Notes under the pieces: generated by a model
What the model was told of the DNA's origin: nothing
The model's database searches: none
What the model saw: the letters and a program-made list of their open reading frames with translations, nothing else
Translations under genes and position numbers: made by a program
Assembly: GCA_022763385.1 (NCBI GenBank)
Contig: JALEGQ010000105.1
Location: forward strand, 1 to 52,628
Reading direction: 5' to 3'
Length of the DNA: 52,628 bases
Source: a bacterium
GTDB taxonomy: Bacteria > Bdellovibrionota_C > UBA2361 > RFPC01
Shown here: one piece after another, positions 25,308 to 34,713 of the stretch
Layout: every line of letters starts with the position of its first letter
How positions within the stretch are numbered: the stretch's first letter is position 1

Positions 25308-26306
25308 ATGAGCACGATAGGATTGCAGGCAGGTTTCCAGGGATTTCAACGACCACAGGGTGGTTTTGGACAGAGGGCGGTGATTGCAGGACGAGAGGAG
25401 AATTCTCTCGTGAGCGCTCTTAACATCAATCGAGCGAGCCCGCTTGATGCTCGTGCCGGGGTAAGTGCTCCCCGTGATGCGGTGTCCGTACAGATTTCAG
25501 CTCGAACGGCGGCTTCTGAGCCGAAGAATTATACCAATGTTGGAAAGCTTGAGCCGAGTGCTCCGAATGTGAGGGCTCAACAGCCACGGGGTGGTGATGC
25601 GGCCCGTGGGGGTGATGTCGGCCGACCTGATGCATTCAGTGGAACATTTAAGGGGGATACTCTCTTCCTTGACCAGGGTGCCGCACTACAGTTTAGAGAC
25701 AACGGTGAGGTCTCGGCCTATCTTGCGGGGCCTGACGGTGGGGTTGTTCGCGGATCTGGTACGATTAATGAGGACGGAGAACTCTCGCTTACTTTTGAGA
25801 ATGGCCAGAGCTTCACTTCCCGTTTGGAGCGAAATGGGGATTCAGCGACTCTTTCAGATATTCGGTACGAGGGACAGGCGCCCGTGATCTCTGGATTGTC
25901 TGATGGGAAGAACGCCGTTTTTGATGGTATCTCACTTGAGGCAACCGGTGATGGAACCTTTGATGTGACGATTGAGTCTCCGAATGGACAGACCATCCGA
26001 GGAAGCCTAGTCCAGACTGAAGATGGACAATTCATCGCTCAGCTAGATAACGGCCAGACGTATGGAGGAACCCTTTCCTTTGCAGATGGAAAGGCGACTC
26101 TCACGAATCTTGAACTCCTGAAGAATGATGCTCCCGGTCAGGGTGAAGCCGGTGCTGTCGCTCAGCCACAGGTGAGTCGTGAGCCGGTTGCTCCGCGTGA
26201 GCCGTCGGTAGCGGCATACTCTCCGCAGGGAGCCGCAGTGCTTTCTCGCGAGGTGGCGCTTTCTGAAGCACTCTCTCCCACCGGAAGTCTCAATATCGCC
26301 GCCTAA
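25308..26306 (+). CDS. Hypothetical Gly/Ser/Thr-rich repeat protein without a signal peptide (candidate secreted substrate)
   Basis: 332 aa with AAGGA upstream. Internal repeats occur, such as GTINEDGELSLTFENGQSFTSRLE and SPNGQTIRGSLVQTEDGQFIAQLDNGQTYGGTLSF. There is no hydrophobic N-terminus. Confidence 0.6.
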   Translation: MSTIGLQAGFQGFQRPQGGFGQRAVIAGREENSLVSALNINRASPLDARAGVSAPRDAVSVQISARTAASEPKNYTNVGKLEPSAPNVRAQQPRGGDAARGGDVGRPDAFSGTFKGDTLFLDQGAALQFRDNGEVSAYLAGPDGGVVRGSGTINEDGELSLTFENGQSFTSRLERNGDSATLSDIRYEGQAPVISGLSDGKNAVFDGISLEATGDGTFDVTIESPNGQTIRGSLVQTEDGQFIAQLDNGQTYGGTLSFADGKATLTNLELLKNDAPGQGEAGAVAQPQVSREPVAPREPSVAAYSPQGAAVLSREVALSEALSPTGSLNIAA

Positions 26307-26316
26307 TCCAAAGGCG

Positions 26317-26349
26317 TCTTGGGTGCCTCCTGCAGGGAGACACCCAAGA
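26317..26349 (+). terminator. Stem-loop 11 nt after the stop of the 332-aa ORF (9 bp plus 4 bp stem, 5-nt loop), lacking a U-tract
   Basis: tcttgggtg (26317-26325) pairs with cacccaaga (26341-26349). An inner ctcc/ggag pair adds to the stem. Confidence 0.35.
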
Positions 26350-26484
26350 AAATGTTCTCGTCAAGAATTTGACGAATTCTCCTCTCTTTCCCCCAAAAAT
26401 TTGAGCACAAGTCTTGCAACTCCTTCCGTGAGTATTCAGCACAGGAATGTGCTGTAGCCCGCTGTTATTGGAAGATTGTGTAAT

Positions 26485-29400
26485 ATGTCTCGATACTTAC
26501 TCATTCATAGAGACCAACCCATCCGTCCTCTGGAGGTGAATGCGGGTGCCGAAATGGCGACACTCCATCTCGCCCGCTTTCTCGCCAAGGGAGGTGATGA
26601 AGTGGTGGTTGCTGGGCAGATTGGTGTGTCAGATCTCCAGCATGAGGGAGTTGAGTTCTGGGATATTGGAGAGGAGTACGACTGTAGGATGGCGATTGAC
26701 CGGATGTCAGAGAGGGGAGCATATCACCTTCTCTCTGCGGGCCGAGTTCATCCATTTCTTCTGGTTCAAGACGATCCTCACTGTCTGACTCGCCTCTTAA
26801 TTAGCCACGATCGAGCGGTTACCGATACGGGCATGAATCCGAAGCCCCTTCTTCACTATGTTGATCGAATCATCACGGTTTCAGATGCTCAACGATTACT
26901 CTTCCTCGATGCGCAGGTAGATCCCGCTCGGGTGAAGACTATTCGCAATGGCGTTGATCACGAGCTCTTCCCAGCGTATGGCCCAGACGAAAGAGATTGG
27001 AATAAAATTGTTTTTGTCGGCGCACTCGTCCAGGATAAGGGCCTTGATCTCCTTCTTATTGCATTTACAGAGCTGAAGGCTCAGTTCCCGGAACTGACTC
27101 TCGATGTCTATGGAAGTGCAGAGCTCTGGGACCGCGAACCAATCTACGATACTGAGAGGCTTCAGGCAGATATTCCCGGTCTCACCTTTTATGGCTCTCG
27201 CCCTCAAGCTGAAGTTGCCCGGGCCTTTCAGACTGCAGGAATGTGTGTCGTTCCCTCGATTTGGTTTGATCCGTTTCCACTGGTGGCCATTGAAGCTCAG
27301 GTATCAGGGTGTCCAGTCGTGACCTTTGACGTTGGAGGGCTCGGTGAGGGAGTTCGTCACGGCGAAACGGGGCTCGTGCTCCCAGAGGTGGGTGAAGAAG
27401 AGCTTCAGCGAGCGCTTCGTGAGTTGCTCTCTGATCCAAATCAACTGAGGTCGTTCTCTCACCGTGCCCTTGAGCTCCAAAGAAAGACCTTTTCTTGGGA
27501 GAATGTCGTCAGTGAAATCAAAGATGTTCAACGAGAAGTCGAGCGAGAAAGGCGATCTTCCGAGAGGAGCACTCCGCTTCGCATCGGAGTGATGAGCACG
27601 TGGAATCAGCAATGCGGTTTAGCTACCTTTACGGAAGAACTCTTCTCTCAGCTTTCCGAAAGCTATCCCAACAGTGAGATCCGAGTCTTCTCCGAATATG
27701 ATACCGGAGAGTTTGCAGCCCAGAATATTCTTGATGATGAAAAGAGCGTATTTCCTGTATCGCGGTGTTGGAGCTGGAAAGAGAAACGGTGGAGTAATCT
27801 TCTCGCTGCACTTCAGCAAGAATCGATTGATGTGCTCTATGTCAATGCGCACAATCCGAAACAGCTCTCAGATGCAAATTTTTCAGAAGTGATCAGCTAT
27901 CTCAAGCAACGGGATATTCGGATAGTCCTCCAGCTCCATACGGTATTTACCTTAAGAGTTGATGCACGCGAAATTCTTCAGCAGTGTGATGAGATAGTTA
28001 TTCCTCTAGAGGAGATGAAGATTGAAGTATCTTCGTATGGCATCGAGTCAGAAAGGATTCGAGTTATTCCACACGGGATAAAGAATGTTCCTTCCCTTTC
28101 TGATGAGGAAAGGGGAGAGGTCCACAGTCAGCTCGGACTTCCGCAGGAGCTCCCGATCATCAGCTCGAGTGGATATATTCACCCTCACAAGGGACTGAGA
28201 GAAGTGCTCGAGGCGGTAAAGGTGTTGAAGGATGATGGATTACGTGTTCATGCTTGTATTGCGGGCAAGGTGAGTTCTGAGGATAAAGAAGCCCAAGAAT
28301 ACGCCAAGAAATTGAGAAGACTCGTTCTCTGTCTCCACATTGAAGATCAGGTTACCTTTATTGATCGATTTTTGTCAGATAAGGAGTTGCTCGGTCTTCA
28401 GCAGATCTCTGATGTCGTTGTTCTCAATTACTCGTCGGATCACTACGAGTGTTCTGGAGCTTGTTCTCGTGCGCTCGGTACAGGAGCAAATGTCATTACC
28501 TCTATGGCTCCGGCATTCACCGGATTCGGCACATCGGTATGGCATACAAATCCTGGATTCTCAATTCCACTCGCCATTCGGGAGTTGCTGACCAATGAAC
28601 AGGTTAAGCAAAATATTGCTGAGGCTCGAAAGTCTTACTGTCAGGACAACTCTTGGAAGTCCGTTGTCCCTTCTTACTACGAAGCTCTGATGTCATTGCG
28701 AGCACAAGATCGTTCCCTTCAGACAGAGTCTCATCCGCTTGATACAGATTTTACAACAACAAAGGAGCACGCCGTGTCCTCTTCACAACATCAGAAAGAT
28801 CGGTCTGGGTCAGGACTACGTATCTTGATACAGAATCGGAAGAATATGTACACCCAACGTGGTGGTGACACCATTGTCGTCGATCGACTTTTGGAGGGAC
28901 TCCAAAAGAGGGGTGTTGATGTGCACCTCGATCTTGAGGGGACGGCAGATCTCTCTCAGTTTGATCTGTTGCATATCATAAATTTCGCCCTTCCTCAGAT
29001 GGTGGAGTATTATGGAAGAAGAGCAGAAGCAGCGGGCATTCCTTTTGTGGTAACGACGCTCTGTGAGGACGTTCCACGGTTTCACCATCAGTCACAGTAC
29101 TTAGCAGAGCTGCTGACTCAGTATGTTCGAGAAGGTCAAGATCGGACATGGCTGGAGCAACAACTCGGTGAACATCGAAAGGTCTCTCCTTCTGAGGCCT
29201 TCCCGAATGGCTGGAGTGCAGCTCACGCAGCGGCACTCCTCGTGAACGGGGAAGGTGAGAAGAAGGTAATTGAGCGGACGTATCCCGGTCATGCTCCGAT
29301 CTCTATTGTTCCTGTTGGCCATGAGGTTTCTGATAGAGCCGATCCCCAACTCTTTCGTGAGGCGTACGGGGTAGAGGACTTCATCTTCTGTGTGGGGCGG

Positions 29401-31362
29401 TTTGAGTCACGAAAGAATCAATTGATGCTCCAGTCAGCGCTTGAGGATGTGGATCTCCCAGTGGTATATGCATCAGGAGGGTTCTCGTACCAACCAGAGT
29501 ACGCTGAAGCGGTTCGTACATTTCAGCGAAAGGGGAAGACTATCGTTCTTGATAGGGTAGAGCCGGAGATGCTGGCAAGTGCGTATGCGGCAGCGAAGGT
29601 GCACGCCCTTCCGAGTTGGTATGAACTTCCTGGCCTGGTTTCTCTGGAAGGAGGAATTCTTGGTTGTAATGTTGTTGCGGTAGACTCTGGGACTACGAAG
29701 GATTATCTCGGTGAGTATGGTTTCTACTGTGAGCCGGATAATATTTCATCCATTCGAAATGCTGTCCTTGCAGCCTACTATGCGCCGTATCGATCAGAGT
29801 TTGCCTCGCATCTTCAGCAGTTCACTTGGGATAGTGCTGCTGAGAGCACTCTTGCTGTGTATCGTGATGTACTCGGAGTTTCTCCGGAGATTGAGGTGCC
29901 AGCCTCATCCGAACTCTCTCATGAGCCTTTCGAAGAGTTGGCAAAGAAGGGATACGAGGCCGCACAGCGCAAGGAGCTTGAAGAGGCTCATCGATATCTT
30001 GCTGCTGCGGAAGAGAGCAATCCTCGTGCTATCCGAGTGCTCTGCAATCGAGCGGCTGTCTTTCTTGCGGAGGAGCGTGTTGAGAAGGCAAAGGAGTACT
30101 TTCAGCGGGCGCGAAATGTTGATCCGAGCGACAACAAGGCGCATACCGGATATGCGATGTGTCTCATGATGGAGGAGAAGAAGGAGCTTGCTCACGGAGA
30201 GTTTCTTCAGATTCTCGAAAGAGACCCCACTGATATGATCGCGATCCTACAACTTTTAGATTGTTCGTACTCTCTTGAGCGATATGAGGCACTTGAAGAG
30301 GTCTTGAAAAAGGTCATTACGTTGCAGCCAGAGAATTTTGATATGAGATTCTGTCTTGCGGGTTGCCTCGTTCGTGAGAATAAGCTTGAAGAAGCGCGTT
30401 CTCATCTTGAAGTTCTCCTTGCCGAGCGTCCTCAGCATGGAGGAAGTCTTGAGCTTCAAGAAGCAATAAGACAGTTGCAGGAGAAGGCAGCTTCTTCCCC
30501 AGCACCTCAGGAAGATTCGTACTCAAAGCAAGATGGGGCGATTGATGGAGCTCTTGCCAGGTTTGTTGAGGAAGGTGAGAAGAGTACTGAAGTGAACGGA
30601 AATCCACCCCGTGTTCGTGATGCGGTTGAGACGACTCAGGTGCCAGTGCCTTCACAGCCCTTTGATAGTATCGACTTTCGTATCGGGGAGTTGGAGGAGC
30701 TAAAGCACCGCAAGGATCTCGATGAAGCGCTGGAGGGGGCCGATCAGCTTCTTGCGCGCGCAGAGCTCAGCGAACGCCAACGAACTTCTGTTGAGCTTCT
30801 TCGTGGAGAAGTACAGGCACTTCTCGGAAATCGCGATGAGGCGAAAGAGATATTTCACGCACATCATGCTCATAATCCGAAATGTCCCCGGGCACTTTGT
30901 GGCCTTGCTGCAATTGCGGCGAGCTATAATGAGCTTGATGAATCCCGAAAGCTCTTTGAAGAAGCGCTGCGACACGCACCAGAGTATGATAAGGCCTTAG
31001 CAGGTTTAGGATTCTGTGACCTGTTCAGTAAGCAGTATCCTACGGCATGGGGGCACTACAACGCTGCGCTTGATTCTAATCCAGAAAATCTGAGTGCACT
31101 CTTTGGGTGCATTCAGCTGTCATATATCCTTGAGCGGCTGCCAGATCTTCAGCGGAGACTTGAGACCTATTTGGATATGCATCCAGCCGATCTTGATATG
31201 GTATACGCCTATGCGGGCTGCCTCTATGCGCAGAGAAGTCTTGATGAGGCACTCTCTGAGGTGCAGAAGATCCTGATCTTTAAGCCAGAAGACTCTCGGG
31301 CTCAGGAGCTCAAGGGAATGATTGAAGAGCAGTTTCAACAGGGCTCTCTTACGGCATCGTAG
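26485..31362 (+). CDS. Giant multidomain glycosyltransferase: three GT4 modules followed by a ~480-aa TPR region
   Basis: GT4 module starts are NAGAEMATLHLARFL (~26.5 kb), LRIGVMSTWNQQCGLATF (~27.58 kb) and LRILIQNRKNMYTQRGGD (~28.82 kb). TPR repeats run from ~29.93 kb to the stop. The ATG at 26485 is preferred over the TTG at 26476. Confidence 0.8.
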   Translation: MSRYLLIHRDQPIRPLEVNAGAEMATLHLARFLAKGGDEVVVAGQIGVSDLQHEGVEFWDIGEEYDCRMAIDRMSERGAYHLLSAGRVHPFLLVQDDPHCLTRLLISHDRAVTDTGMNPKPLLHYVDRIITVSDAQRLLFLDAQVDPARVKTIRNGVDHELFPAYGPDERDWNKIVFVGALVQDKGLDLLLIAFTELKAQFPELTLDVYGSAELWDREPIYDTERLQADIPGLTFYGSRPQAEVARAFQTAGMCVVPSIWFDPFPLVAIEAQVSGCPVVTFDVGGLGEGVRHGETGLVLPEVGEEELQRALRELLSDPNQLRSFSHRALELQRKTFSWENVVSEIKDVQREVERERRSSERSTPLRIGVMSTWNQQCGLATFTEELFSQLSESYPNSEIRVFSEYDTGEFAAQNILDDEKSVFPVSRCWSWKEKRWSNLLAALQQESIDVLYVNAHNPKQLSDANFSEVISYLKQRDIRIVLQLHTVFTLRVDAREILQQCDEIVIPLEEMKIEVSSYGIESERIRVIPHGIKNVPSLSDEERGEVHSQLGLPQELPIISSSGYIHPHKGLREVLEAVKVLKDDGLRVHACIAGKVSSEDKEAQEYAKKLRRLVLCLHIEDQVTFIDRFLSDKELLGLQQISDVVVLNYSSDHYECSGACSRALGTGANVITSMAPAFTGFGTSVWHTNPGFSIPLAIRELLTNEQVKQNIAEARKSYCQDNSWKSVVPSYYEALMSLRAQDRSLQTESHPLDTDFTTTKEHAVSSSQHQKDRSGSGLRILIQNRKNMYTQRGGDTIVVDRLLEGLQKRGVDVHLDLEGTADLSQFDLLHIINFALPQMVEYYGRRAEAAGIPFVVTTLCEDVPRFHHQSQYLAELLTQYVREGQDRTWLEQQLGEHRKVSPSEAFPNGWSAAHAAALLVNGEGEKKVIERTYPGHAPISIVPVGHEVSDRADPQLFREAYGVEDFIFCVGRFESRKNQLMLQSALEDVDLPVVYASGGFSYQPEYAEAVRTFQRKGKTIVLDRVEPEMLASAYAAAKVHALPSWYELPGLVSLEGGILGCNVVAVDSGTTKDYLGEYGFYCEPDNISSIRNAVLAAYYAPYRSEFASHLQQFTWDSAAESTLAVYRDVLGVSPEIEVPASSELSHEPFEELAKKGYEAAQRKELEEAHRYLAAAEESNPRAIRVLCNRAAVFLAEERVEKAKEYFQRARNVDPSDNKAHTGYAMCLMMEEKKELAHGEFLQILERDPTDMIAILQLLDCSYSLERYEALEEVLKKVITLQPENFDMRFCLAGCLVRENKLEEARSHLEVLLAERPQHGGSLELQEAIRQLQEKAASSPAPQEDSYSKQDGAIDGALARFVEEGEKSTEVNGNPPRVRDAVETTQVPVPSQPFDSIDFRIGELEELKHRKDLDEALEGADQLLARAELSERQRTSVELLRGEVQALLGNRDEAKEIFHAHHAHNPKCPRALCGLAAIAASYNELDESRKLFEEALRHAPEYDKALAGLGFCDLFSKQYPTAWGHYNAALDSNPENLSALFGCIQLSYILERLPDLQRRLETYLDMHPADLDMVYAYAGCLYAQRSLDEALSEVQKILIFKPEDSRAQELKGMIEEQFQQGSLTAS

Positions 31363-31404
31363 GTGGCGAGAACTCCTTTAAGGGCTATTTGGTAGCGAGA
31401 TGTT

Positions 31405-32724
31405 ATGTTTATTCTTCTCCTCAATCAGTGTTGGTTTGCAGAGGAACTACGGGCAAAGGGGCATGAGGTCGTCTCTGTCGGATTTCAGAAGGGACTCGAT
31501 GTTACCTTGTCTATGCCCTTTCAACATATCGATTCGATAGTTACTGAGCATCTTGGTGGGAGGGTTCCTGATGTAATCGTAGTGCTTGATGAAAGCTCTC
31601 CGATACATCTTGTCGGACTTTCCGAAAGTCGTATCCCACTACTCTTTTTCTCAGTGGATGCTCACCATCACTATCAACTTCACGGTGATATCGCCAAGGC
31701 GATGGATTGGACGCTGGTTGCCCAAAAGAATCTCATTTCACCCATCAACGAGAGAGGGGGAGTAGAAGCTGAGTGGATGCCGCTCTGGGCAAGCCGTTAT
31801 GTTGAGCCTCAAGAGGAGAAAGAGTTTGGCGCTGTATTTGTTGGTTCGTTAAATCGAGAGCTCAATCCAGACCGCGTTCAATTCTTTGAAGCCCTACAAG
31901 CTCGCATAGATTTGCTGTGCAAAACGGGATCATGGTGGGACATATTTCCTCGAAGTGAGATCGTTATTAACCAGACGGTTAAGCGCGATCTGAACTTTCG
32001 AGTATTTGAAGCGATGATGTCAGGGGCGTTGCTTATTACAGAGAGGACCTCAAACGGACTTCTTTCTCTCTTCACCGATGGAGAGCACTTGGTGACCTAT
32101 GAGAAGGGAGATGTTGAAGAGGCAGCAGAGAAGATCAGCTACTACCTTCAGCATAAAGAGGAGGCTCGTCGGATAGCGGCTGCGGGAAGAGAGCGTATTC
32201 TTCAGGAACATCTCCCCGTTCATCGGGCCAATAGGATTGAAGAGCTCTGCAGATCCCTTCGGCAACGTCCTGAAAAGCCGCAAAAGCATGTCGGATGGCT
32301 CTCGAATTACAATGCTCTCAGCACTCGCTTGAATAATATCGATCTCCAACTCGCCAAACATGCAAATGTCTTTGCTATGCAATCGGCCGAGAGGGTTGTC
32401 CTCAATAAGGAGCCGTTAAACGAAGATATGACCTTTTTGCTTGTCTATGCGTGTTGTTCCTTTGACCGATTTCATCAGACGAGCTCGGGGCGAGAGCTTC
32501 TTCAACAGGCACTCTGTCAGTATCCAAATAGCGCTCTGATTCGACTTGCTATCATTCGATCGTTTCTGAACGATGGACAGGTGAACAAAGCAAGGAGGCT
32601 GGCTGAAGAGGTCGGGGATCCAGAGAAGCTCTATCAGAGTGCTGAAACAGTCATTACGGAGCTTCTCGATATCGACTCAAAGCCAGTCGGCCTGCTCGCG
32701 GATAAGGCGCTTCCTTCGGGCTAA
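31405..32724 (+). CDS. CgeB-like glycosyltransferase-family protein (DUF3880 / Glyco_trans_1_2-like)
   Basis: FVGSLNRELNPDRVQFFE...NFRVFEAMMSGALLITE...ARRIAAAGRERILQEH resembles CgeB/YkvP-type proteins, from memory. Confidence 0.6.
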   Translation: MFILLLNQCWFAEELRAKGHEVVSVGFQKGLDVTLSMPFQHIDSIVTEHLGGRVPDVIVVLDESSPIHLVGLSESRIPLLFFSVDAHHHYQLHGDIAKAMDWTLVAQKNLISPINERGGVEAEWMPLWASRYVEPQEEKEFGAVFVGSLNRELNPDRVQFFEALQARIDLLCKTGSWWDIFPRSEIVINQTVKRDLNFRVFEAMMSGALLITERTSNGLLSLFTDGEHLVTYEKGDVEEAAEKISYYLQHKEEARRIAAAGRERILQEHLPVHRANRIEELCRSLRQRPEKPQKHVGWLSNYNALSTRLNNIDLQLAKHANVFAMQSAERVVLNKEPLNEDMTFLLVYACCSFDRFHQTSSGRELLQQALCQYPNSALIRLAIIRSFLNDGQVNKARRLAEEVGDPEKLYQSAETVITELLDIDSKPVGLLADKALPSG

Positions 32725-33413
32725 GGAGAGCAGGGCCGGTAGCTGACTTCTTCAGTTATCTCGTTCCAGAATGGGCCGCAGGGTTCCTCTGACTCCAGAA
32801 AGTTCTTTCGGAGTTGAGGATCGAGTGACACCGCACTATTAAGCTGTTCGATTCCCTCATCAATCTTTCCCAGCTCGAGCAAAAGCATGCCGTAACTTAC
32901 GCGAGCAGACGAATAGTTCGGGTTCAGTGAAACTGAGATGTTGAGATCCTCGAGGGCCCCGAGGCGGTCTCCGAGCTTTTGTTTTACGAGCGCCCTGTCT
33001 CGATAGGCAGCGACATCTCCCTCGTTGAGCTTCAGTGCTCGGTCAAAGTCACCGAGAGCCCCCTGCAAATTTCCGGATTGAGCAAGGGCCAATCCTCTGT
33101 TGTAGTAGGCGTTGCCGTTATTGGGATCAAGCTGGAGGCAGTGAGAAAAGTCTGATATGGCGTCATCATAGTACCGAAGAGAGAGCTCGGTAACGCCGTG
33201 AAGGAAGTAGGCTTCGGAGTTGTTTGGATCGGCCTTTATTGCAAGTCGAAAGGCCTCACGGGCCTTCCAGAGATTATCTTCGGCTGCAAACCCTTTTCCG
33301 GACCGAATGTAGTCTTCGGCGTTATGTTCCGGAGCGAACTGAGATATGAGGGATGGAGCAAGGTAAATTACTGGAATTACAAGTATGAGGAGGAAGATGG
33401 CATTTCGCTTCAT
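32721..33413 (-). CDS. Secreted or membrane-anchored TPR-repeat protein
   Basis: An N-terminal hydrophobic helix (AIFLLILVIPVIYLAP) followed by at least 5 canonical TPRs (AYYNRGLALAQSGNLQGALGDFDRALKLNE). Confidence 0.75.
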   Translation of the reverse strand: MKRNAIFLLILVIPVIYLAPSLISQFAPEHNAEDYIRSGKGFAAEDNLWKAREAFRLAIKADPNNSEAYFLHGVTELSLRYYDDAISDFSHCLQLDPNNGNAYYNRGLALAQSGNLQGALGDFDRALKLNEGDVAAYRDRALVKQKLGDRLGALEDLNISVSLNPNYSSARVSYGMLLLELGKIDEGIEQLNSAVSLDPQLRKNFLESEEPCGPFWNEITEEVSYRPCSP

Positions 33414-33496
33414 GCTAGAAGTATCGGCCTGATTTCAGGTTCGCAAAAGTATCTTTCCTCGTGAGAGGCTGAAAAATTCGCTTTTGGGAGAGGGTG

Positions 33497-33892
33497 ATGG
33501 GAACGAAAAAGAGATCAAAGATTTCGCTAGAAGAGGCGCTGTGCCGCTTTCTTTCGCAGCTCGATAGTCAGGTTGCTCGTGATATGCAGCGCTCTCCTGA
33601 GCGAGAAGAGCTCGAAGGAGTGCAGAAGTGGGAGCCGTATCGAAAGCGGGTCGAACGGGTAACGGCGCTCGTGCTGGAGGGGTTTGGAGAGGCCGAGGTG
33701 AACCTTGATTCGTTGCTGATATCGGCTGAGGCTTTTATGCGGGCTCTTCGAATTTTGACCGAAGAGCTTGGAGAAGATGGGCTTGGGACGGTGCGGAGTG
33801 GGTATGTCCGTGAGATCTGTAAAGCGGTAGAGAGAGACCTCCTTCTGACAAAGGAGACTCTGATTGGATGTGGAGACGAGATCCTCAATTAG
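33497..33892 (+). CDS. Hypothetical 131-aa protein
   Basis: ORF with GGGAGAGGG upstream. No motifs were recognised. Confidence 0.45.
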   Translation: MGTKKRSKISLEEALCRFLSQLDSQVARDMQRSPEREELEGVQKWEPYRKRVERVTALVLEGFGEAEVNLDSLLISAEAFMRALRILTEELGEDGLGTVRSGYVREICKAVERDLLLTKETLIGCGDEILN

Positions 33893-34713
33893 CTGGTTGT
33901 CAGCAGAGCAGTCCTAGCTCTTGTGCTCATCTGTTCAACAACAAGCACAACAACGAATATACAAAGAATAATAGTCGAGGCTTGTCCGTACTGAAGAGTA
34001 TCCATGGCAACCTTGAGCTCGACCCCGATTCCACCAGCACCGACGAGTCCGAGAACGACAGATGAGCGGACCGCTTTCTCAAGTGAAAAGAGAACGGTGT
34101 TGATAAAGCTTGGTGTGCAGGTCGGAAAGATGTAGGTGGCGAGAATAGCACACCTGCCCGCTCCTAAGGTCTCAAGGGCTTCTTCTGGGCTGTGGTCGAT
34201 CTCTTCGATAGATTCTGCGAAAAATCTTCCGCAAAATCCGAGGGTATCAATGGCGATGGTAAGCACACCGGCAAAGGATCCGATTCCCACGGTGACAACA
34301 AAAAAGAGGGCCCAAACAAGGTCGGGAACCGTTCGAGCAAGAGAAACAGATGCCCGAGAGATAGCATACAACGCGGTATGAGGAGAGGTTGTGCGTGCCG
34401 CAAGCACTGCCAGGGGAAGAGCGAACAGAACGCCAATACAGGTTCCTGCAATCGCCATATAAAGAGTATCGAGCAGCAAAGCGCCGATATTCGAGATGCG
34501 AGAGAGATCCGGAGGGAGCATCTCGAAGAGGACCTCCTTCATATAGGGAATTCCCTCTCGAAAAGAAGAGAAAGAGATCTCAGCTCCATGAAGTGAGAGT
34601 GAGATGAGCGCAAAAAGTGCGATGATTCCAAAGGTCCTTCCCATTCCAGGAAATCGAAATCGAGGGGGGAGGGAGAGTTCTGCTTGTGGTGATAGTGCTG
34701 GATCGTTACTCAT
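33889..34713 (-). CDS. phnE: Phosphonate ABC transporter permease
   Basis: The multi-TM protein includes EALETLGAGR of the EAA loop. The ATG at 34713 overlaps the phnC stop (ATGAGTAA). Confidence 0.75.
   Translation of the reverse strand: MSNDPALSPQAELSLPPRFRFPGMGRTFGIIALFALISLSLHGAEISFSSFREGIPYMKEVLFEMLPPDLSRISNIGALLLDTLYMAIAGTCIGVLFALPLAVLAARTTSPHTALYAISRASVSLARTVPDLVWALFFVVTVGIGSFAGVLTIAIDTLGFCGRFFAESIEEIDHSPEEALETLGAGRCAILATYIFPTCTPSFINTVLFSLEKAVRSSVVLGLVGAGGIGVELKVAMDTLQYGQASTIILCIFVVVLVVEQMSTRARTALLTTS

Noticed and set aside
25308-26306. The 332-aa protein as the anti-sigma-28 factor FlgM (N-terminal DAVSVQISARTAAS resembles FlgM-like motifs).
   Set aside because: It is three times the usual FlgM length, the motif sits at the wrong end, and the similarity is a short low-complexity match.
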